From: an uncultured delta proteobacterium
GTDB taxonomy: Bacteria; Desulfobacterota; Desulfobacteria; Desulfobacterales; JAHEIW01
DNA: 17,897 nt
Reading direction: 5' to 3'
NCBI GenBank assembly: GCA_963706575.1
Contig: CAVPNL010000020.1
Coordinates: 1-17,897, forward strand
Shown: one piece after another, positions 1 through 6,656 of the stretch
How the letters are laid out: each line of letters begins with the position of its first letter
How positions within the stretch are numbered: position 1 is the stretch's first letter
Made by a program: the position numbers and the translations under genes
Notes under the pieces: generated by a model
What the model saw: the letters and a program-made list of their open reading frames with translations, nothing else
What the model was told of the DNA's origin: nothing
The model's database searches: none

Positions 1-3
1 GCT

Positions 4-30
4 GTCATTCCCGCGAAGGCGGGAATCCAG
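4..30. repeat. Left palindromic REP-like repeat (GTC-tagged, dRS3-like core) flanking the GIY-YIG gene
   Basis: GTCATTCCCGCGAAGGCGGGAATCCAG; internal hairpin ATTCCC-N8-GGGAAT; inverted copy at 342-368 with 1 mismatch in 27. Confidence 0.9.
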
Positions 31-46
31 AAAGAACAAGATAAGC

Positions 47-340
47 GTGAATAAACAATTTTACGTGTATATATTGGCGAGCAAGCGCAATGGCACATTA
101 TACACGGGGATAACTTCCAATCTGATCCAAAGCGTATGGCGGCATTACAACAATATAATCGAAGGCTTCACTCAAAAATAGAATGTAAAAACGCTCTTAT
201 ATTATGAAGTCCACGACAACGTTGAAAGTGCAATTGCCAGAGAAAAACGAATAAAAAAATGGCGAAGAGCTTGGAAATTACAGTTAATAGAAAAAATGAA
301 TCCTCAATGGAATGATTTATTTGAAGAAATTTGCCAATAA
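47..340 (+). pseudogene. Small stand-alone GIY-YIG nuclease (YhbQ/UPF0213-like), inactivated
   Basis: Manual translation from GTG47: MNKQFYVYILASKRNGTLYTGITSNLIQSVWRHYNNIIEGFTQK*NVKTLLYYEVHDNVESAIAREKRIKKWRRAWKLQLIEKMNPQWNDLFEEICQ*. YVYIL/LYTG motifs, AREK and the W-R-WK-LIE-NP-W-DL tail are typical of the family. In-frame TAG at 179-181 replaces the usual Tyr, and Ser (AGC 131-133) sits where the conserved Arg is expected. Absent from the ORF track. Confidence 0.88.
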
Positions 341-341
341 G

Positions 342-368
342 CTGGATTCCCGCTTTCGCGGGAATGAC
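342..368. repeat. Right palindromic REP-like repeat (inverted partner of 4-30)
   Basis: CTGGATTCCCGCTTTCGCGGGAATGAC; reverse complement is GTCATTCCCGCGAAAGCGGGAATCCAG; separated from the nuclease stop codon by 1 nt. Confidence 0.9.
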
Positions 369-434
369 CCGATTACGACAGCCGGCAACTATTTAAAACG
401 ACAACCGGAATAGCCCAAAAACTTAAGAGGTAAT

Positions 435-2099
435 ATGCTACGCGAGTCACAAAAATTTAAAATCATTTATTTAATGTTAATCGGTTTTATCGCATTAACA
501 ACGTTAACCATCAGCTTTTCGGATGCCGCCGAACCCAAACGCATCGCCCTGCTGCCGTTTAAGATCAATGCCGAAAAGGATATGACATTTTTGCAAAACG
601 GCATCTTTGACATGCTCACATCACGCCTGTCAAAGGAGGGCGAGGTGGTCGTGATCGGCCGGCAGGAGGCCGAAAGCGCGGCTGAGGCGCTGGGTGGCCC
701 TGCTGCCGTTAATGAGCTTCTGGCCCGCAAAATCGGTTCGCAATTAAACGCGGATTACACTTTGTTTGGCAGTTTAACCGTTTTTGGAGACAGCATCAGC
801 ATTGATAGCAAAATGGTGGATGTTTCCGGAAATAGGCCCACCACGAGCTTTTTTGAACAAAGCCAGGATCTGGGTGGCGTCATTACCAAAATCAACCAGA
901 TCGCGGCAGAGATCAATGCCAATGTTTTCGGCAGGCAGGCAGAAGCGGCCTCAAAAACAGCACCGCCGGCTAAAGTATCAGAATCGACTCCAAAAGATGA
1001 TGCCCATGCTCACCCTGAAAAGCTTTTGAAAGGGCGCGGCGCAGATGGCGAAGGGGGGGCCATTATCATGATGGGCGAGGAAAAAGAGTCTCGAGGATTC
1101 TGGCGCAGCACCAGTTTTAAATACCTCATCAACGGCATTGCCTTGGGAGATGTGGACGGCGACGGCAAAATAGAAACCGTGGTGGTGACGCCCCATTCGG
1201 TGATAGTTTACCGCTTTGAAGCCGGAAAATTTTTTAAGGTCCATGAGGCCGACAAAGACAAGGGTAACTATCATATCGGGGTGGATGTCGCCGACATCAA
1301 TGGAAACGGGCCTGCTGAGATTTTTGTAACCAGCCTCAACCTTCAGCGAAACGCACTCACTTCCTTTGTGCTGGAATATAGCGGCAAGGGTTTCGAAAAA
1401 ATCGTCGAGAATGCCCGCTGGTATTTTCGCGTAGCCGATCCGTCGTCGAGAGGCAAAATTTTGCTTGGGCAGAAACACAAATACGACAATGCGTTTTCCG
1501 ATGACATTTACGAAATGATCTGGCAGGGCCATGAATACGTTCCCTCGGACACGATAAAGGTCCGTGCCGCCGTCAATGTGCTGGGGCTTACGCTCGGTGA
1601 CGTCACCAATGACGGCCAGGAAACAGCCGTTGCTTACAACGAATCCGACTATCTTCAGATTATCAAATCCGGCGGCGAAGTGCTCTGGAAGGTAGCCGAG
1701 CGTTTCGGGGGCAGCACGCTTTACTATCAACTCCCGCGAGACAATCTGGGAGGCATCACCAACCCGAAATATTATCCCATGCGGATCGTTGCCCGCAAAA
1801 ACAAGACCGGAAACGACAGCGAGGTCATTGCCGTTAAAAATCATGATATTGCTTTCGCAAAAATGGAGAAGTTCCGCAAATTCACAAAAGCGCACATCCA
1901 ATCATGGACCTGGGATGGGTTCGGTCTGAGACCGATCTGGAAGACGCATCAAATTTCAGGATACATCCGGGATTTTGCCGTCGGTGATTTTAACAACAAC
2001 GGGCAGCCGGTGCTGATCGCGGCCCTGGTCATGAGTGAGGGAACCACCATCATGACCGAAGCGAAAAGCCGTATCATCGCCTACGGCCTGCCGGATTAA
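435..2099 (+). CDS. Exported FG-GAP/VCBS-repeat protein with N-terminal TolB_N/CsgG-like domain
   Basis: RBS AAGAGG before ATG; signal-peptide-like N-terminus; IALLPF...FLQNGIFDMLTSRL and GSLTVFGDSISID segments; repeated motifs GDVDGDGKIE, ADINGNGPAE, GDVTNDGQE, GDFNNNGQP. Confidence 0.75.
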   Translation: MLRESQKFKIIYLMLIGFIALTTLTISFSDAAEPKRIALLPFKINAEKDMTFLQNGIFDMLTSRLSKEGEVVVIGRQEAESAAEALGGPAAVNELLARKIGSQLNADYTLFGSLTVFGDSISIDSKMVDVSGNRPTTSFFEQSQDLGGVITKINQIAAEINANVFGRQAEAASKTAPPAKVSESTPKDDAHAHPEKLLKGRGADGEGGAIIMMGEEKESRGFWRSTSFKYLINGIALGDVDGDGKIETVVVTPHSVIVYRFEAGKFFKVHEADKDKGNYHIGVDVADINGNGPAEIFVTSLNLQRNALTSFVLEYSGKGFEKIVENARWYFRVADPSSRGKILLGQKHKYDNAFSDDIYEMIWQGHEYVPSDTIKVRAAVNVLGLTLGDVTNDGQETAVAYNESDYLQIIKSGGEVLWKVAERFGGSTLYYQLPRDNLGGITNPKYYPMRIVARKNKTGNDSEVIAVKNHDIAFAKMEKFRKFTKAHIQSWTWDGFGLRPIWKTHQISGYIRDFAVGDFNNNGQPVLIAALVMSEGTTIMTEAKSRIIAYGLPD

Positions 2100-2131
2100 T
2101 ACCGCTCAAGTGTGCGCCGGATAAAAATTCT

Positions 2132-2295
2132 TAGTATTGTGTCCCAGAAATATTGTCTAAAATATTGTTAAATACTGAGGCTTGCTATCCGCCCGTCACT
2201 CCCGCGCAGGCGGGAATCCAGACTTCTTTGAACCGGACTCCCGCCTGCGCGGGAGTGACAATCATTTTGTAACCTATTTGTAGGACACAAAACTA
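2132..2295. mobile_element. MITE-like element with 21-bp imperfect terminal inverted repeats enclosing a REP doublet
   Basis: TAGTATTGTGTCCCAGAAATA (2132-2152) versus reverse complement of 2275-2295, TAGTTTTGTGTCCTACAAATA: 18/21 match. TAG occurs at both ends (2132-2134, 2294-2296). Confidence 0.6.
2195..2259. repeat. REP doublet (REPIN-like), same family as 4-30/342-368
   Basis: GTCACTCCCGCGCAGGCGGGAATCCAG (2195-2221), 11-nt spacer, inverted CCGGACTCCCGCCTGCGCGGGAGTGAC (2233-2259). Confidence 0.9.
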
Positions 2296-2405
2296 GAAAT
2301 CTTCCTTTTTCATGTTGCGGGTTCCGGGTCAGCGGGGGCGTGAGGAAACCAAAAAGGCTTAACAGAAAACGGATGCTGGCACCCTGCCAAGCGTACACAA
2401 TACAC

Positions 2406-2440
2406 AAAAAAAAGCCCGGGGTAAAAATACCCCGGGCTTT
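2406..2440 (-). terminator. Rho-independent terminator of the porin gene (possibly bidirectional)
   Basis: Perfect stem AAAGCCCGGGGTA/TACCCCGGGCTTT with a 4-nt loop; A8 at 2406-2413 gives a U tail on the minus strand about 45 nt after the porin stop. Confidence 0.85.
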
Positions 2441-2483
2441 GTGCTCATTGCCTTCTAAACAGCGCTGAAATTAAAGGCGCTTT

Positions 2484-3614
2484 TTAGAAGTCGACCTGCC
2501 ATTTGACACTGAAATACATCGAATCACCTTCCTCAGTACCGAAGGCATTGTCCATCAGGTCGATGTAGCCGATTTCCGGAATGATCGAGACACCCGGTGC
2601 AGCGGTGTAGTTCAGGTGCGCATAAACAGCCATGGTCTCGTCGTCTTTATTACCACGGGCACGTCCTACATCATCATTGGTGTTTTCATAGCCGACACCG
2701 CCCTCGATAGCCAGCTGATCGGTAAAACGCATGCCGACAACACCTAACAGAAGTAGGGTATCGTTATCATCCCAATCGCCATCAGCATCGGCCTTCCCGG
2801 TGTTCCTATCATTCGCCCTGTTGGTAACCATACCCAGATCGTTAATATTAACACCGTAACCGACGTTGGCTTTGATATATGCCGGACCCAGATTGAATCC
2901 GCCGCCGGCGGTGACTATCCAGGCGCTAAGCTTGTCGTCGGGTGAAACGGAAGTTCCATCACCTTCCATGTCATAGCTCGCAAAAGCACCGCCGACATCG
3001 AAGAAGAACGCATCGGCTGCAAAGTGATAATTGGCCTCGATGATGGGCATGTAGTCATCCCTGTCTGCATTGCCAATATCTGCATTGAGTTGAGTCTGAA
3101 CTAAGGCGATATGCAGGTTTTGGCCCTCGCCGATGATCAGCTTGAGCTGCCCATCGCGGTGGGAAATGACACCGCCCGCACCTTCCGGACCGGCCATACC
3201 GGCATCGTTAACCTGTTGACCACTGTAAAAATAGTTCAGCGGACGCCAGTCTTGACCGACGCGCAGCCTGAGGCCTGAGCTAATCTTCCACTGGCCCCAG
3301 AGCAGCCGGGTGCCAACGCCGTTGTTGAACTCGAAGCGTCCCTGGACGGGATCACCCTTGACTCTCGCGCCAACACGGGAGGTTCCCAGCACTTGCCAGT
3401 ACAGCCCGGAGTCATCATCGTTTTGACTGAAATCTACTGGTTGAGATGTCCAATCACTGGCGGCATCACTAAATACGTTGTCGGTCGCATCTTTTGAGTC
3501 CCACGTATGATACGATGTCTGAACACGTGCGGAGCCGTAAAAGTCCCACTCCAGTGCCATGGCCGGAGAAGCAATCAGGGCCAATGCGGCAATAGCCAAA
3601 ATAAGTTTCTTCAT
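2484..3614 (-). CDS. Outer-membrane beta-barrel protein (porin-like)
   Basis: Signal peptide MKKLILAIAALALIASPAMA; alternating amphipathic strands; Gly/Asp/aromatic-rich; C-terminal YFSVKWQVDF (terminal Phe, BAM signal); strong RBS AAGGAGG. Confidence 0.85.
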   Translation of the reverse strand: MKKLILAIAALALIASPAMALEWDFYGSARVQTSYHTWDSKDATDNVFSDAASDWTSQPVDFSQNDDDSGLYWQVLGTSRVGARVKGDPVQGRFEFNNGVGTRLLWGQWKISSGLRLRVGQDWRPLNYFYSGQQVNDAGMAGPEGAGGVISHRDGQLKLIIGEGQNLHIALVQTQLNADIGNADRDDYMPIIEANYHFAADAFFFDVGGAFASYDMEGDGTSVSPDDKLSAWIVTAGGGFNLGPAYIKANVGYGVNINDLGMVTNRANDRNTGKADADGDWDDNDTLLLLGVVGMRFTDQLAIEGGVGYENTNDDVGRARGNKDDETMAVYAHLNYTAAPGVSIIPEIGYIDLMDNAFGTEEGDSMYFSVKWQVDF

Positions 3615-3655
3615 CTTAATTTTCCTCCTTAACGGATAATTAAAGTTTAACGCTT

Positions 3656-3689
3656 TTGCCTAATAATTAAATTACATTGCCTAATAATT
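3656..3689. promoter_or_regulatory. 13-bp direct repeat in the porin leader
   Basis: TTGCCTAATAATT at 3656-3668 and 3677-3689, 21-bp period. Confidence 0.45.
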
Positions 3690-3838
3690 TCCTGTGCTGC
3701 GCTGAATGCTGAATTGGTGGGGTTTCACCTCCTTCCCGCGCGATATTTGGCCGGCATCAGAGGGATTATATGAACCGTTTTCCATAGGTCCCCTTGCAGC
3801 CTGACGATATACTGATGCCGAACGTGGAAATTCCATAA

Positions 3839-3867
3839 ATCATAGAATGATACAGGGGCGTTGTCAA
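3839..3867 (-). promoter_or_regulatory. Sigma70-type promoter of the porin gene
   Basis: Minus strand TTGACA (3867-3862), 17-nt spacer, TATGAT (3844-3839), with an AT-rich upstream tract. Implies a 5' leader of about 220 nt. Confidence 0.75.
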
Positions 3868-4013
3868 GCTTTTTTGCGATTTATTTAAGCCTTTTAAATT
3901 ATTGAAAATCCACTTATCAAGAACAGCAAAATAAAAATCTCTGATAGCGGCGCATTATCCCTTCAAGTGAAGTCCCGCTGGAATAAAATATGGCGATAAA
4001 AAGTGATCTTTAA

Positions 4014-4061
4014 GCACGAAAGAATTAAAACACGAAAAAAACAAAATTTCGTGCTTTCGTG
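4014..4061. repeat. CACGAAA/TTTCGTG inverted repeat cluster downstream of mutL
   Basis: GCACGAAA 4014-4021, CACGAAA 4031-4037, TTTCGTGC 4047-4054, TTTCGTG 4055-4061. Confidence 0.55.
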
Positions 4062-4145
4062 ATAATTTTTTTACCGCTTTTAACGTTCGGCACCCTATTG
4101 CCACAATTTATTTTAAAGCATCGACAACCATGCAAGCTCCTTGAT

Positions 4146-5899
4146 TTAAACAACACGCTTAAACGATTTTTCCAGGGCGTCCAGGTCCCAGCGGACCCAG
4201 GTGGGCCGTCCGTGGGGGCAATGGGACGGGTTTTCACAGTCATCCAACTGCTCAAGCAGCTTCCGGATCTGTTGGCCGTCAAGCGTCTGATTGGCCCGCA
4301 TGGCCCCATGGCAGGCCATCACCCTGCGGCACTCATCCAGAACCTCCTTCAAACCCGCTGAACCGCCCGCCGCCGCGGTTTTCTCAACGATTTCATAAAT
4401 CAGGGGTCTGACGTCCCGCCCGGCAAGCAATAGCGGTACCGCCTTGACGACAAAGGTATTTTTGCCAAACGGTTCAATCTCCAATCCCAGGGTCTTTAAA
4501 TCCGCCATCATCTGTCCCAGGATCTCGGCTTCTCTGAAATTTAACTCAAGGGTTTCGGGCACCACAAGCTTCTGGGCGACAGAAGGCTGATCGGCGGCGC
4601 GCCGCCGGAGCTGTTCATAGAGAACGCGCTCATGGGCGGCGTGGTGGTCAATGAGCACCAGACCGGCATCGGATTCACACACAATATAGGTGTTGTGCAG
4701 CTGGCCCACCACCCTTAAAGCGCTAAAGCCTTTGGTGTCAAACATCGGCTCCTGATTCCTCTGGCTGCTGGCTGCTGTTCTCGGTCCTCTGTTTTTAATT
4801 CCGAAATCCGAAATCCGAAATCCGAAATCGCCTTTGGCCGCCTCTGAAACCTGTCCGAATTTGGGTGTCGTATTGGCCGCCGGATAATTTGATCGGCCCC
4901 ATTGTAGGCGATCGACTTCATACAGTCTCTGGGCGATGGCGCTTTTTACGGCTTCATGCACCGCGTGCGGGTTTACAAAGCGAACTTCATTTTTGGTCGG
5001 ATGCACGTTGACATCCACCTGATCAAAGGGAATTTTGATAAAAACAACGGCGATGGGGAATTGCCCCTTGACCAGGCGCTGCGCAAATCCCTTAAAGATA
5101 CCGTGCTGAATCGTCCGGTCGCGTACGAACCTGCCGTTGACAAAGATATAGAGCCCCCGGGAGGTGCGGCGCGTCACCCGCGGAGAACAGATCCAGCCGG
5201 ATATCGAAAGGCCATTGCGGTTAAATTCGATGGCATGCAGATCCGGCCGGGAATCTTTGCCAAGCACATCCGCCACCCGGTCGAGATGCTGTGAAACCGC
5301 CGGCCAGCTTTTAACGGTTTTATTGTTGTGGCTCAGGCGAAACTGCACTGCGGGACGGCCCAGGGCCATGCGGGCAACGGTATCGGCAATGTGGCTCATC
5401 TCGGTGCCGACCGTTTTCAAAAATTTTTTGCGGGCCGGTGTGTTAAAAAAAGCTGCTTGACCGAAATCAGGGTTCCCACCGGGGCCCCGACCTCAGAGAC
5501 ACTTTTTGTTTTGCCGCCGTCAACAATGATCTGCGTGCCGGCATCTGATGACTTATCGCGGGTAATCAGTAGAAAGCGCGATACTGAGGCAATACTGGGC
5601 AGGGCTTCACCCCTGAAGCCCAGGGTGCGGATGGCAAACAAATCATCATCGCTGGATATTTTGCTGGTGGCGTAACGCTCGATGGCTAAAAGCGCATCCG
5701 CGTGATTCATGCCGACGCCATTGTCGGAGACCTGAATCAGGGACTGGCCGCCTTTTTCGACTTCTACGATAATGCGGGTGCTTTCGGCATCCAGCGCATT
5801 TTCCAGCAATTCTTTGACCACTGAAGCCGGCCGTTCAACCACCTCACCGGCCGCAATTTTGTTGGATAACGTTTCGGGGAGTATTTGTATTTTGGGCAT
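4146..5899 (-). CDS. mutL: DNA mismatch repair endonuclease MutL, split here by a 1-nt deletion at 5445-5451
   Basis: MPKIQIL..NKIAAGEVVERPASVVKELLENALDA, TLGFRGEALPSI, VDVNVHPTKNEVRF, DHHAAHERVLYE, ACHGA, CPHGRP. Adding one T to the T7 run restores QLFFNTPARKKFLKT and joins ORFs 5417-5959 and 4146-5420. The start is ATG at 5899; the ORF-track extension is repeat DNA. Confidence 0.95.
4801..4828. repeat. Perfect heptamer tandem repeat (CCGAAAT)x4 inside the mutL linker
   Basis: CCGAAAT at 4801, 4808, 4815, 4822; reads DFGFRISDFG on the minus strand. Confidence 0.95.
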
Positions 5900-5905
5900 G
5901 GATAG

Positions 5906-5940
5906 TGTTTGGTGTTTCGTGTTTGGTGTTTCGTGTTTGG
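5906..5940. repeat. Heptamer array (TGTTTSG)x5, downstream arm of the four-helix-bundle cassette
   Basis: TGTTTGG TGTTTCG TGTTTGG TGTTTCG TGTTTGG between the four-helix stop and the mutL ATG. Confidence 0.95.
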
Positions 5941-5942
5941 AT

Positions 5943-6308
5943 CTACTTATCTCTTCCAATGGATTTCAAATATGCGTTAAGGCTTGGACCTAATTCGTCG
6001 ATCATTTCCCGCAAAAAATCGCTTTGCTTATCGTTAATCAAACCCCGCCTTATGCACCTTCGAAGCCAATATTTTGTTTCATTCAAAGACCCTCTAGAAA
6101 TTCTGACAAATCGCTTGTTATCTTTGGGTGTTCCTCTGCCGGCGCCTTCTGCAATATTAGCACCGATGCTATCCGCAGCCTTTACGAGTTGCATACCAAC
6201 TGTGTTTTTCTCAAAATACTTCCAGGATATTGCGATACCCCAAATATCATCACATAATTTTTCAGCCAGTTTGAAAACTCTGAGATCTTCAAATCGCACA
6301 AAAGCCAT
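5943..6308 (-). CDS. Four helix bundle protein (23S rRNA intervening-sequence protein family, Avd-like fold)
   Basis: FEDLRVFKLA...QLVKAADSIGANIAEGAGR...RFVRISRGSLNETKYWL are family hallmarks; RBS GGAGG at 6320-6316. Confidence 0.92.
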   Translation of the reverse strand: MAFVRFEDLRVFKLAEKLCDDIWGIAISWKYFEKNTVGMQLVKAADSIGANIAEGAGRGTPKDNKRFVRISRGSLNETKYWLRRCIRRGLINDKQSDFLREMIDELGPSLNAYLKSIGRDK

Positions 6309-6320
6309 TTTTTATCCTCC

Positions 6321-6348
6321 CTAAACACTAAACACAAAACACTAAACA
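6321..6348. repeat. Heptamer array (CWAAACA)x4, upstream arm of the four-helix-bundle cassette
   Basis: CTAAACA CTAAACA CAAAACA CTAAACA; inverted relative to 5906-5940; contains the stop codon of the upstream gene. Confidence 0.95.
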
Positions 6349-6524
6349 CGATCTTTCTTCAACAACTTTGAAAGATACTCCGCATCCATCGGTGACAGGT
6401 CGAACTTCAGACAGGCCTCCTCAATAAGCTTGGATGTTTGGGCCTCCGGATTAAATTTGCGTTCTTCAGAAATCCATTTGACGGCTCTTCTTAAATCTTC
6501 ACCTTCCGGTTGTACGGTGGTCAT
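6342..6524 (-). CDS. Small hypothetical protein (60 aa)
   Basis: RBS AAGGAG; co-oriented between gatA and the four-helix gene; QPEGEDLRRAVKWISEE...LIEEACLKFDLSP resembles small proteins I recall from sulfate reducers (not verified). Confidence 0.75.
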   Translation of the reverse strand: MTTVQPEGEDLRRAVKWISEERKFNPEAQTSKLIEEACLKFDLSPMDAEYLSKLLKKDRV

Positions 6525-6565
6525 AAAAGGATTCTCCTTTGTTCGTTGTCATTTGTCCATCTAAT

Positions 6566-6656
6566 GGCACGGGGCATGGTGCTAGGGCATGGGGTATTGT
6601 CGGGCACGCTGAATTGTTTAATTCGCCTCCATGCTCCATGCCCCTTGCCCCATGCT
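6566..6656. repeat. Gene-less inverted heptamer arrays (GGCATGG)n ... (CCATGCY)n
   Basis: Left arm GGCACGG GGCATGG TGCTAG GGCATGG; right arm CCATGCT CCATGCC CCTTGCC CCATGCT (6629-6656); inner GAATT-GTTT-AATTC hairpin. Confidence 0.85.

Noticed and set aside
179..181. In-frame TAG in the GIY-YIG gene as pyrrolysine or stop-codon readthrough
   Set aside because: It replaces a Tyr codon by one substitution, the conserved Arg is also lost, and TAG is used as a normal stop by several genes in the window.
978..1901. 307-aa antisense ORF and other overlapping ORFs (e.g. 2168-2407, 4059-4361, 5905-6324, 8222-8590, 8987-9412)
   Set aside because: They are shadows of well-supported genes on the opposite strand or translations of repeat elements, with no recognisable motifs.
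3725..3734. 16S rRNA 3' end fragment (TCACCTCCTT)
   Set aside because: Only 10 nt match and the flanks show no rRNA sequence; better read as an SD on the minus strand.
5900..5959. N-terminal extension of MutL (MEEISRSKHETPNTKHQTLS)
   Set aside because: It is the translated heptamer array and overlaps the four-helix gene. Use of this upstream ATG for translational coupling cannot be fully excluded.
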